Part shown: positions 19,004 to 28,470 of the stretch, one piece after another | Position numbering within the stretch: position 1 is the first letter of the stretch | Layout: each line of letters opens with the position of its first letter | Virus record (IMG/VR): IMGVR_UViG_3300030102_008089 | Span: 63,434-127,433 of that record | Origin: a virus | Length of the DNA: 64,000 nucleotides | Direction: 5' to 3' (one strand) | Position numbers and translations under genes: made by a program | Notes under the pieces: generated by a model | What the model saw: only the letters and a program-made list of their open reading frames with translations | Database searches by the model: none | Told to the model about the DNA's origin: nothing

Positions 19004-19685
19004 AAAAAAGAACAGCAAAAAGTATTATTTTACAGAAATAACAGAAAAGGCAATAATTGATTACTGTAATACCGATAGCCTCTCGGAGAGGTCAGATTTA
19101 TATATACAGCATATTCAGCCTGCCTTTGATGAATTAGTTGATAAAATTGTTTACACCTATAAATTTACTTCTCTTGAGAACATAGATTATCATAAAGATG
19201 ATTGTAAAATTTGGCTGACAACTATTTTAGGAAAGTTTGATCCATCAAAAAATAAAAAAGCTTTTTCGTATTTTTCAGTAGTCACTAAAAATTGGTTTAC
19301 ACATAAGGCAAAAAAACAAACAAAAAGAAATAGACGTGAAGTCAATTACGACGAAATGATCAGAGAGATAGAGATTGTTTCTACAGACCCATCAAACAAT
19401 CTTCTAGAAGAGGTTGAGGAAAGACAATTTTGGATGACACTTTTAAATGAAGTGAATACCTGGCAAAAACTTCCTTTAAAACCTAACGAGCAGAAAGTTC
19501 TTGATGCTGTTTTGACATTGATGGAGAATATTGATAAAATAGAAATCTTTAACAAAAAAGCAATTTATCTCTATATGAGAGAGATAACAGGACTTAACAC
19601 AAAGCAGATAGTCAGTTGTTTAAACAAAATGAGAGAAAGATATAGGATCTTTAAAAAGAAGTGGGATGATGGAGAAATTTATTAG
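18996..19685 (+). CDS. Phage sigma-factor-like protein (gp55-like region 2)
   Basis: KFDPSKNKKAFSYFSVVTKNWF resembles the FDPxK...F.Y segment of T4-like late sigma factors; sits directly before the structural block. Confidence 0.5.
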   Translation: MPRKKNSKKYYFTEITEKAIIDYCNTDSLSERSDLYIQHIQPAFDELVDKIVYTYKFTSLENIDYHKDDCKIWLTTILGKFDPSKNKKAFSYFSVVTKNWFTHKAKKQTKRNRREVNYDEMIREIEIVSTDPSNNLLEEVEERQFWMTLLNEVNTWQKLPLKPNEQKVLDAVLTLMENIDKIEIFNKKAIYLYMREITGLNTKQIVSCLNKMRERYRIFKKKWDDGEIY

Positions 19686-19689
19686 CTTT

Positions 19690-19696
19690 CTATTTA
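19690..19696 (+). promoter_or_regulatory. Putative phage late-promoter motif CTATTTA, 4 nt before ATG
   Basis: Recurrent motif at fixed spacing (see findings). Confidence 0.6.
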
Positions 19697-19700
19697 TTGT

Positions 19701-19991
19701 ATGAAAAAAGATCTAAATTCACTAATAGAACAAGCCCTTGAAAATATCAACAAGGACAGACAGGAAACAGAAGTACTCTTAGATAATTTAAAAGAGTACA
19801 TGAATGTTTCAAATGAGCGGTACTCAGATTCAGGTGCGACTGCTGCCAAATTTGTGGAAACCCTGCAAAGAAGTAACGAACAACTAGTTAAACTTGCAAC
19901 CTTAGTTTATAAAAAGGAACAGTCGTCAGGTAGCACTGGGTTGACAGATGACGACAAGGATCAGTTATTTGATATCCTGAAGGAGGAATAG
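19701..19991 (+). CDS. Hypothetical helical/coiled-coil protein
   Basis: Clean ORF preceded by the CTATTTA-N4-ATG motif. Confidence 0.7.
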   Translation: MKKDLNSLIEQALENINKDRQETEVLLDNLKEYMNVSNERYSDSGATAAKFVETLQRSNEQLVKLATLVYKKEQSSGSTGLTDDDKDQLFDILKEE

Positions 19992-19992
19992 A

Positions 19993-21333
19993 ATGGCTGA
20001 TGTTAGCTACTTAGCAAAAAGTATTGGAACTGGTGGAGATTTTCAAAAAAAACTTGAAGCCATCCTAAAAGATCAAAATACAGCAGAGATACCAACTAAC
20101 AAAGCTTATGACCTAGAGCGCTCAAGTCCAACGGGTATCCTTAAGCAAATGATAAGAGAGCGGCACACGCCGCAAACTATAAATCAAAAGCCTGTGGCAA
20201 CAGCGCAAATTTTGAGAATAGAAAATGACTTACAATCATACTACGATGCAACAAATCCTGATCAGGATACGGAAACAAAATATGTTTTAGCAAGATTTAG
20301 GGTCTTATCTGACAGAAGACATCATTGGCTTCCTGAGCCCAAAAGCTTTAATGAAGATGATATTATATCTCTTTATCCTCTGGCAAAATATGCAGTCGTT
20401 GCAGGTATGGACCAAATGTTAAACCCAGGTGACATTGTTCAGGTTACATTTGAAAACCATGCTGATCAGTATTCTTCCTACTACGAAACAGCCACAATTA
20501 GTACTAATATAGGAAATATTGGACAAGTCGATTCTTTGACTGCTAATAAAAAGTGTGCCAATGTAAAATTGCCACCACTACCAGCAGATGCAAATCCAGA
20601 TAATTTAGCTACTGATCCTTGTTTGGCTATTGGAAATGTTGCAGGACAAAACGTATATAATGCCAAAAAAGAAGCCCAACAAAATAAGAAGCAAATTATT
20701 ATTCCAAGATTTCCTGTAACATCAGGGTATTCTAAAATGTCTAATTGGGGACAAATTAGAAGAAGAAGTGATGGATCAACTAGGCGTCACTGGGGAGTTG
20801 ACTACGATCTAAAAATGAACGATGTAGTTCAGGCTGCTTTAGATGGCGTAGTGATAAGAGCAACGACACAATATGGAAAGGATGATCAAGGGCAACGAAC
20901 AGATAGAATTGTAGGATATGGAAATTATGTTGTACTTAAACACTCAATATATTCCAAAACTTTAAATGGGCCACCTGTAATATTTTACACTCTTTACGCA
21001 CACTTTGGCGATAATAGTGGGAGCAACAATGGATTTATGGTTAGAAAAGGACAAAAAGTCAAAAGAGGACAACCTATAGGGAAAGGTGGAAACAGCGGAA
21101 CCAGTAGATCTGGACCTGGCGGCGATGGCTCACATTTGCATTTTGAATTTTTAGATAATCCCAACTTTGGTGCTGCTATCACACCCGCTCTAAAAAAGAA
21201 AAACTCAAAGGATCCCGAGACAGAATTTTTTAGAAGAGGGTTTTATATTGATACACCACAAGCAGCAAAAGAAAAGCGTGATAAAACTACTAAAGAACAG
21301 GCCCACGATGCATACGACGGAGCAGGACCATAA
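19993..21333 (+). CDS. Putative baseplate hub protein with M23 (LytM) peptidase domain
   Basis: M23 motifs HWGVD (HxxxD), YGNYVVLKH, TLYAHF, VKRGQPIG and HLHFE at 20788-21147; N-terminal PGDIVQVTF resembles a gp5 OB-fold. Confidence 0.75.
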   Translation: MADVSYLAKSIGTGGDFQKKLEAILKDQNTAEIPTNKAYDLERSSPTGILKQMIRERHTPQTINQKPVATAQILRIENDLQSYYDATNPDQDTETKYVLARFRVLSDRRHHWLPEPKSFNEDDIISLYPLAKYAVVAGMDQMLNPGDIVQVTFENHADQYSSYYETATISTNIGNIGQVDSLTANKKCANVKLPPLPADANPDNLATDPCLAIGNVAGQNVYNAKKEAQQNKKQIIIPRFPVTSGYSKMSNWGQIRRRSDGSTRRHWGVDYDLKMNDVVQAALDGVVIRATTQYGKDDQGQRTDRIVGYGNYVVLKHSIYSKTLNGPPVIFYTLYAHFGDNSGSNNGFMVRKGQKVKRGQPIGKGGNSGTSRSGPGGDGSHLHFEFLDNPNFGAAITPALKKKNSKDPETEFFRRGFYIDTPQAAKEKRDKTTKEQAHDAYDGAGP

Positions 21334-22245
21334 ATGACTAAAGCACCAAATGACGCTCCTGCAAGAGTTGGGGATAATAAAGATCAAACTAAATCTGGAG
21401 GCACAGCATCTGTCGTAGAAAAGGGCAGAACAGGGCTCTTTCACAATTTGAGTCTTGGTGCAAACCCAACCCTGAATATGCAGCCAGCAGAAAATCATAT
21501 TTCAGGTAAAGAAAATACTTTTATAATCATGGGCAGAGATCGTCCTGGCAGCGAAACTTCGGGAACAGGAGCAGAAGCCACAACAAATGTTGGCTGTATA
21601 CAATTGATAGCAGGACTATCAGGAGTATTAGCTAGAGAAGTTAATGAAAAGAATGAAAGAGTTGTAACTAATCCAAGTACAGAGTTAGATTCTGCTAAAA
21701 TTTATATTTCACAAAGAGCAAAAGACATTGACTCAAAAGAGTATTTTCATTTAGCTGAGGGTAATGTTGGATACTTAACAAACCGTTCTGCTATTGCTAT
21801 TAAGGCAGACTCTGTAAGAATTATCGGAAGAGAAGGAATAAAAATCGTAACAAGCGGTGACACCCGCAGTGGGTCTTCTGGGAAATTTATTGGGGGCACT
21901 GTGCAGGGAGTTGATATAATCGCTGGTAATGATGACACTGACCTACAGCCCATGGTGAAAGGTGATGACTTAGCAAAGGTTCTCGATAGTTTATTAGAAA
22001 TAATACAAGACATTCACTCTTCAGTAGCGTTCCAGCTAGAATTTACTTTAGCCTCTGCGGGTGCCCTAACAGATCCCACAGGTACATCCGCAGCAAAATT
22101 AACAACTATGTTAACAAGAATGCCCATGGAACTAAGTAATTTAGCTTGTCAAGAAAGAAACTTTGCCTTCCATAAAATGAACTATAGCGATAAAAACCCT
22201 TTTGCAAAATTTAACTTTCGAAGCAAACATAATAATGTAAACTAA
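21334..22245 (+). CDS. Putative baseplate spike/hub-associated protein
   Basis: Beta-rich segment SAIAIKADSVRIIGREGIKIVT plus position between the M23 hub gene and gp25; function inferred from context. Confidence 0.4.
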   Translation: MTKAPNDAPARVGDNKDQTKSGGTASVVEKGRTGLFHNLSLGANPTLNMQPAENHISGKENTFIIMGRDRPGSETSGTGAEATTNVGCIQLIAGLSGVLAREVNEKNERVVTNPSTELDSAKIYISQRAKDIDSKEYFHLAEGNVGYLTNRSAIAIKADSVRIIGREGIKIVTSGDTRSGSSGKFIGGTVQGVDIIAGNDDTDLQPMVKGDDLAKVLDSLLEIIQDIHSSVAFQLEFTLASAGALTDPTGTSAAKLTTMLTRMPMELSNLACQERNFAFHKMNYSDKNPFAKFNFRSKHNNVN

Positions 22246-22248
22246 GTA
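22241..22248 (+). promoter_or_regulatory. Variant late motif ACTAAGTA, 4 nt before ATG 22253
   Basis: One mismatch to ACTAATTA, same spacing. Confidence 0.45.
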
Positions 22249-22252
22249 TTTT

Positions 22253-25200
22253 ATGTCAATAACAGATAGACAAAGAAAAATTGTAAATCCTTACGCTGAT
22301 TCTCTTTTGACAGAAGAGAGGTCAGGTGCTGGGTACGACTATGAAAGCGTCAGGAATCGCTTTGTTCTGGATGCGATCCACGAGAGATATATTTACTTTT
22401 TTCAGTTTCCTAAAGTTGGTGATGCGCTCAATGTTGATGAGGAGCAAGGAATACAAAACCCTCAAGTAAGTCAACAAGATCTTTTGGCTTATTTTGCACT
22501 ATATCCGCAGAATGGAAAATTAGTCGATGGACAAGTGGTCGAACTAAGTGTTGAAGAGGCATACGAACAATTACAAACAATAATAGATCTTCTTTCTCAA
22601 AATAATGTTCTAGATAGATATTTATCAAAAACAAGTGAATTGTCATACGAAGAGGCTTTTCAAAATAGGCAAAATTTAGCCAACTTAATTGCCATACCGC
22701 CAGCACATTCTAATTCCTATAGAAGAAGTTTGAGATCTGCTTTTTCTTTGCCAAACGATCAGTATAGCAGTGAAGTAAACCTAAGCGGCATTGATCTATC
22801 TGCGAGAGCAAGCACATATGTTATTGCAAATACTAATGTAGATCTATATGACTGGAGAAAAAACTGCGAACCAGGGCAACGACAGAATGTTTATTACAAT
22901 TCTGTTGATAGGAACTATTATTTTACAAACAGAACAGACATTGTATCTGTTCAGGAAGCGCCAGGTTATGTATTGAATATCTTAAGAGGTGTTCCCGATG
23001 GACAGGCAGAGTGGGAAAGATCTTCACGCCTAGCAAAAGAACAATATTCTGATGCTGTAGCAAAAGGAATAAGTGAGATTTTATTGGCAACAGGGAAAAA
23101 TTCTGAAGAAAACTTAGCAAGCATAAGTGATATATTTTTACCACCAAATACATTTAGGTTGTATACATATCTCGATCCTCGACCTGGATCTCGATGGACA
23201 TATGCGGTTAAAATCCCATCAGAATCTATCAATATTTTGCCCGAACCATCAGGCACAGAAACCTCTAGAGAAGAAACAGAAATATCACCCTTACAAAAAG
23301 CAAAAAGAATTATTGGAGAACAAAACAAAAGTAGTCAAAGTGTCAGATTTCAAGTCGAGGATATGATAAGATACGTTTACTATGGCAAAAAGCTTCTAAA
23401 AAAATACGACAAAAACTTATTTGAATTATCGCTTCGTTCGAATATGTTGTCGGGGATTGATCTTGACAGGGAGGCGTTCCGTATAAACAATTTTTTCGAC
23501 CTGCTAGAATTGTTTTATAGCTTCAATAAGATAACACTCCAAGACACTGATTTTATTGAGATGTATTTTACCAGTGATTATTCTTTGGAATATATTGTTG
23601 TAAACGGATCATTTTATTATCAGGGGACAGGAACAACAACATTTTTAAACCAAGAGGAAAAGCCAAGAGTTTTAGACGCTTTTTCAATTTTTACGCCAAC
23701 TACTTTTTCTATAATAAAAAATAGCGAACAAATCTACAATGAAGCAAAGATAACCTCGCCAGACAACAGAAAAAATGTCTTAACTTTTATGACTGAGTAT
23801 TTGTATCCGCTGTTGGATCTTGATAATATCAAAAGAACAGAAGCAGCAAAACAAGAGATAGAAAAAAGAAAGCGACAAAAAAGAAAAAAACTATTTGAAA
23901 CCTATAAGCGTGTAACGGGCGGGAGACCCGAAGATTTTGAGTTTTTATATTCTAATCGACCACTATCTTATACTCTTACAAATACTTTGAAAAATATGGA
24001 TTGTGATACTGGACAATCTTTTGTTCTTGGTCAAGCTTTACTTCTATGGAAAAATTTAGAGAGCAAAACACCACTACAATCAGTAATAAGACAAGTGATA
24101 ATTCTTCTTCGTGACGAGGTTATCGAAGATGAGGTAGCAAAAAGACTCCTTACAGAATCAGACCAGTTTATTAGGGATCCTTCTCTTTTTAGGAGAGATA
24201 TCAAAAAATTTATTGACGATCAAATATTTTGTTCTTTGGATGTCATTGGTGATTTTATAGAAGATCAATTTTTAGATCCGCTTGGGCTACCGCCAGAAGC
24301 AAATCGTCTAACAAGACAAGTTATTAACGGAACGCCTAAAATAGAATTCAAAAAGTGCTCAATGGTGTCTCTAAAGGCAAACCAGTCGGCAATATACCAA
24401 AAGATGCTAGAATCTATTTTATTGAATTTTTTGAAATCAATTCTGGCTGGACTAGCCAAAGATTTACTAAAAGCAGTCTTAGGTTGTGGGCCAGATGACC
24501 AGAATACAGATTTAAAAAATTCTATTCGTAAACAAGATTTTGGCGTTATAAACTTAATGAACTTTCTAGACAATGTTGATATTGTTGCTGCCGCCAATAT
24601 GGTAGGTTTAAAGCAAAGAATAGACGGGCAAAGCGAAGATGTAACCTTGGAGCAAATGTCTAATTTTATAGAAGACGTCTCTTTGATGTCAACGCCAATA
24701 GAAATACAACAACTTCTAAATGGCGACGCAACTAATGATCTTCTTCGTCACTTAATAGAAACTGTTAAGGGCACAAAAGATATTAATCAAATGAGAGGAC
24801 AAGACCCAATTCAGATAATTGTTTCTGACTATTCCACGGTTAATTTTACCACTGAAAGAATCTCTGAATTTTTCTTTACAATTGGAGAGGCTCTTGACGG
24901 TCGATTTGGAGACCTCGGAGAAACAGGGTTAACATCTCCTTTAGAAGCATATTGTAATTCAAGAGATGGACTATTAGACCCTTTATCGTTACAGTTCACA
25001 GAACCTGAGTTTGAAGCCCAGTACAATGACATAATTAATAGCAAAATAGCAAAAATTAATACTTACTGTAATTTTTTAAGAGATTTTACGAATATTGAAT
25101 TAGAGATTCAAAGGTTAGTAGAATCATTACCAGGGTTGCAGTGGTATGATGATTTATTGAAAGAAATTGCTGGAATTTCTAATAGATTTGCTGAGTGGGT

Positions 25201-28057
25201 TGCAAGTTTGTTTTCAGATCTGTTTGAGAAAGAACAGATTACAAGACAACAACCTGTGTATAACCTCTATAATTCAAAAATGGGAACAGAGTTATTTTAT
25301 CAAATATTCTTCGCACTAAGAGAGGTGCTAATAAATCAGTTGTACTTTAGTAATTCGGGTACTTTTTTTCAAACCCCAGCAGGTTTTTCTTATAATAGGC
25401 TTGGGTATAGAGCGACATTGGAAGATGATTTTTTTGGACAAGATGACGTACAAATCAGGGGAAACTTTGGGGGCAGATATAACCAGTATACACAAAGAAA
25501 TGTATATAAATATATTTGGTCTGACCCACGCCATGGCGCCACTATAGCCCCGAAGAGACTTAACATCCCTCAGTATCGAAACCCTATAGTACCACCATAT
25601 GATCATATGGATGCAGCTTACTATAGTGTAAGAAATTCTCCAGCTAGATTAATAAAAACTTTGGGTCGTTTGCTGTCTCCAGCAAATATTGAAAAAATAA
25701 ATTATGGAGGACCTCGGCGTGCCGATAATATTGTTGAAGCCTTCAGAGATATCGGCGAAGATGGTAACCAAGAGTTTAGATATTTATCCTCAGTATCTAA
25801 TACAGTCTATGATTATTTGGCAAGAGTAGAACAAGCTCCTGTAGGCGGCGGCTGGACAGGTGCCACATATTTAAGATGTTCTCCATCCTCAAGGGGAGAT
25901 ATACAAATATTTTTTAACTCAAAACCAACAGGACAATTTGATGAACAGAGTCGGTACACTCCAACAGAAATATTTAACGAGTTGTCTAACAACTCTTCAG
26001 AGGCACCTGTAGGCATACAGGGGGATTATAATCTAATTGATTATCGAATTTTTGAAGGGACAGAATTTGATGGATCCCAAATATCTGTCAATAATTCATA
26101 TAGGTTACAGATAAATGGAGTAGAACTACCAACGTTAGATAGTGGAGCAACTATAGATTATATGGGAAGTTTGTCTATTGGCATTAATAACACTGAAACC
26201 GTAGACAGTCGATCAGGGGTGTATAGCCGATTTAAAAATATTCTTATTATGCAAAATTATACACAAAGAATTGACGACCTGATAAACAATTCTGTTATTA
26301 ATGATATTGGAAGAAGAAGAATGCCGAAATATGTGGTAGCTTTGAATAAACCAGCGCTACAAAAAACAGACGATATCTGTGTTACAACCGAAGATATTGT
26401 TCGTGGCGATGCTGGATTAAAAAAAGTTCAAGCAAATATGTTCTCTTTCTTTATGAATATTATGCCAATGGCTTCTCCCTATCCCAACTGGAGAAGCGAG
26501 GGAACTGTTCAAGTCATTAAACAGTATCTAACAAACAAATTAATCGAAGACTTAAAAGACAAAGATATTCTTGGGTCTTTTTATGAGTTAATACCATTTA
26601 TTCGCCTTGTATATCCGAGAGTTGAGGGGGATGATCAATTTCGTAAGAATCCAATTATTTTGGATAGCCTAACACCTCTTGAGAACACAAGAAACATTGT
26701 AGAAGCAGTTTATGTGGGGATGCTAGACAATATCTCAAAAACGTCAGAATATAGCTCTGTAAATAAATCGATGTTTGACCCATCAACCCAGTTAAATAGA
26801 TACAAAGAATTATTAGGTAGATTTTATCTTGAGATACACAGGTCTAATAATTTTGCTAATTTCTTACCAAGCAACGTTCGAAATGATCAAAATGCTGTAA
26901 ATCAATCCAGAGACCTTCTTGGTAGTTTTTATGAAATACTTGAAAATGAAGATTTTAAACCAGTAGCAACAGATCTAGGAGTAGTTGCTGGAACTTATTA
27001 TTTTCCAGCAGCATTTCAAATAGCGTCGTATATGATTTATCTTGACAAAGGAATTAAATATAGCGAAAGATATTCAGATATGAACTATAGAATGCTGTTA
27101 GAAGAAGCGGGTGCCGACGACGGACTTCTAACAGCAATCAAGGGTCAATTGGTTCAAAGGTTTACTCCCAGTTTTATTGGGTTTCCAGCGATTCAAGATA
27201 CTTATCTTCAATTTCAAAGAGACCAAGAAGGCATACGACTACCAGCAGACTACTCTAATAATTTAAATGCGTCTGCATATGAGTTTGATTCAGATATGTT
27301 CAGTATTACATATTTTAATTCCCGTCAAATTAAAGGGAGGATAAAGCATCTTGAAAGGATTTTAAAACTTATTGATGATGGTGCTGGTTTTGACATACGG
27401 AAAGCAGAGCAGCTTGGAATTAATGAGGAATTAATTAGTGAGTACAGTGAAGAAGATCAGCCAGGTTTTTTGTTTGCGATGAGAAGAGGGTATAATCAAG
27501 TAAGGTTAAGCAACGATCAACCACCTATTGTTCAACTACAAAATGATGGACCTTATGAAATAAGGACAGACAATAATGCCCCTCATGAAATATTAACTGT
27601 AAGCAACTTTCCATTTTCTGACATCCGAGAGAATGACATATTAAGATCTTTAAATTTTGCGATAAATATCTACGGAGATGAAAACTACTCCTATAGGACA
27701 CCTCAACGAGGAATCCCAGATCGAAATTTTAGACCCAACGATGATGACGAGGAGCCCCCAAGACCATCTGATTTATTTTTAGTAGAAAGATTTAATCTTG
27801 ATACGGTAGATTTAGATGAAAATGGATTATCTCAAAGAGATAGGGTGGTCGCTATTCTGGAATCGATAACACAAAGAATAAGAGCAGGAGAAACACCACT
27901 TCAGGACCTAGTATCAACTAGGGCTGCGGATACAAATAGGTCTCGTCCAGAATATTTCTTGTCCTCGTTATTCTTAGACGTAGCACCTGTTGGAGATCGA
28001 GTTTTCATATTGGAAGAAAAAAACGCACTGGAAAAACTAATTATTCGAGATGAGTAA
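22253..28057 (+). CDS. Very large hypothetical protein (1934 aa), probably virion-associated
   Basis: Uninterrupted 5.8 kb ORF within the baseplate block; no motif recognised. Confidence 0.6.
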   Translation: MSITDRQRKIVNPYADSLLTEERSGAGYDYESVRNRFVLDAIHERYIYFFQFPKVGDALNVDEEQGIQNPQVSQQDLLAYFALYPQNGKLVDGQVVELSVEEAYEQLQTIIDLLSQNNVLDRYLSKTSELSYEEAFQNRQNLANLIAIPPAHSNSYRRSLRSAFSLPNDQYSSEVNLSGIDLSARASTYVIANTNVDLYDWRKNCEPGQRQNVYYNSVDRNYYFTNRTDIVSVQEAPGYVLNILRGVPDGQAEWERSSRLAKEQYSDAVAKGISEILLATGKNSEENLASISDIFLPPNTFRLYTYLDPRPGSRWTYAVKIPSESINILPEPSGTETSREETEISPLQKAKRIIGEQNKSSQSVRFQVEDMIRYVYYGKKLLKKYDKNLFELSLRSNMLSGIDLDREAFRINNFFDLLELFYSFNKITLQDTDFIEMYFTSDYSLEYIVVNGSFYYQGTGTTTFLNQEEKPRVLDAFSIFTPTTFSIIKNSEQIYNEAKITSPDNRKNVLTFMTEYLYPLLDLDNIKRTEAAKQEIEKRKRQKRKKLFETYKRVTGGRPEDFEFLYSNRPLSYTLTNTLKNMDCDTGQSFVLGQALLLWKNLESKTPLQSVIRQVIILLRDEVIEDEVAKRLLTESDQFIRDPSLFRRDIKKFIDDQIFCSLDVIGDFIEDQFLDPLGLPPEANRLTRQVINGTPKIEFKKCSMVSLKANQSAIYQKMLESILLNFLKSILAGLAKDLLKAVLGCGPDDQNTDLKNSIRKQDFGVINLMNFLDNVDIVAAANMVGLKQRIDGQSEDVTLEQMSNFIEDVSLMSTPIEIQQLLNGDATNDLLRHLIETVKGTKDINQMRGQDPIQIIVSDYSTVNFTTERISEFFFTIGEALDGRFGDLGETGLTSPLEAYCNSRDGLLDPLSLQFTEPEFEAQYNDIINSKIAKINTYCNFLRDFTNIELEIQRLVESLPGLQWYDDLLKEIAGISNRFAEWVASLFSDLFEKEQITRQQPVYNLYNSKMGTELFYQIFFALREVLINQLYFSNSGTFFQTPAGFSYNRLGYRATLEDDFFGQDDVQIRGNFGGRYNQYTQRNVYKYIWSDPRHGATIAPKRLNIPQYRNPIVPPYDHMDAAYYSVRNSPARLIKTLGRLLSPANIEKINYGGPRRADNIVEAFRDIGEDGNQEFRYLSSVSNTVYDYLARVEQAPVGGGWTGATYLRCSPSSRGDIQIFFNSKPTGQFDEQSRYTPTEIFNELSNNSSEAPVGIQGDYNLIDYRIFEGTEFDGSQISVNNSYRLQINGVELPTLDSGATIDYMGSLSIGINNTETVDSRSGVYSRFKNILIMQNYTQRIDDLINNSVINDIGRRRMPKYVVALNKPALQKTDDICVTTEDIVRGDAGLKKVQANMFSFFMNIMPMASPYPNWRSEGTVQVIKQYLTNKLIEDLKDKDILGSFYELIPFIRLVYPRVEGDDQFRKNPIILDSLTPLENTRNIVEAVYVGMLDNISKTSEYSSVNKSMFDPSTQLNRYKELLGRFYLEIHRSNNFANFLPSNVRNDQNAVNQSRDLLGSFYEILENEDFKPVATDLGVVAGTYYFPAAFQIASYMIYLDKGIKYSERYSDMNYRMLLEEAGADDGLLTAIKGQLVQRFTPSFIGFPAIQDTYLQFQRDQEGIRLPADYSNNLNASAYEFDSDMFSITYFNSRQIKGRIKHLERILKLIDDGAGFDIRKAEQLGINEELISEYSEEDQPGFLFAMRRGYNQVRLSNDQPPIVQLQNDGPYEIRTDNNAPHEILTVSNFPFSDIRENDILRSLNFAINIYGDENYSYRTPQRGIPDRNFRPNDDDEEPPRPSDLFLVERFNLDTVDLDENGLSQRDRVVAILESITQRIRAGETPLQDLVSTRAADTNRSRPEYFLSSLFLDVAPVGDRVFILEEKNALEKLIIRDE
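28036..28043 (+). promoter_or_regulatory. Late motif ACTAATTA upstream of gp25
   Basis: 6 nt before ATG 28050. Confidence 0.5.
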
Positions 28058-28454
28058 CTTACAAGGCATATCACCAAGGATTCCATTAGTGTACGACAGT
28101 ACAGATGGGCCTTACCAACTTAATAAAACCTTAAAGCAAACCTTTAGGCAAAATTTAAAAATGCTTGTCTTGACTATGCCTGGTGAAAGAATAATGGAAC
28201 CAGACTTTGGTGTTGGTTTATATGGGTTTTTGTTTGATTCCATTACAGAGGACACTTTCACTAATATTTCTGAGAAAATAAAAGAGCAAATAGACATCTA
28301 CATACCAGCGATAAATCTTACAGAAATAGCTTTTGTTACCAGTGATGAGGATTCTACTTTGAGTTTTAATGAGGTAAGAATAAGTATAAAATATAATATT
28401 TTACCCTTTAACGGAAGTGATGAACTAATAATAACCTCGACGATGACTAATTAA
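28050..28454 (+). CDS. Baseplate wedge protein gp25 / GPW-gp25 family
   Basis: QNLKMLVLTMPGERIMEPDFGVGLYGFLF is the canonical gp25 motif. Confidence 0.9.
   Translation: MSNLQGISPRIPLVYDSTDGPYQLNKTLKQTFRQNLKMLVLTMPGERIMEPDFGVGLYGFLFDSITEDTFTNISEKIKEQIDIYIPAINLTEIAFVTSDEDSTLSFNEVRISIKYNILPFNGSDELIITSTMTN
28446..28453 (+). promoter_or_regulatory. Late motif ACTAATTA upstream of gp6/J
   Basis: 17 nt before ATG 28471. Confidence 0.55.
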
Positions 28455-28470
28455 TATCGGGAAAAACAAA

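Noticed and set aside
22253-28057. Firm call as tape measure protein
   Set aside because: No periodic Trp/Phe or Ala/Gly-rich helical repeats were seen, and no tail tube or sheath genes are adjacent in the window.
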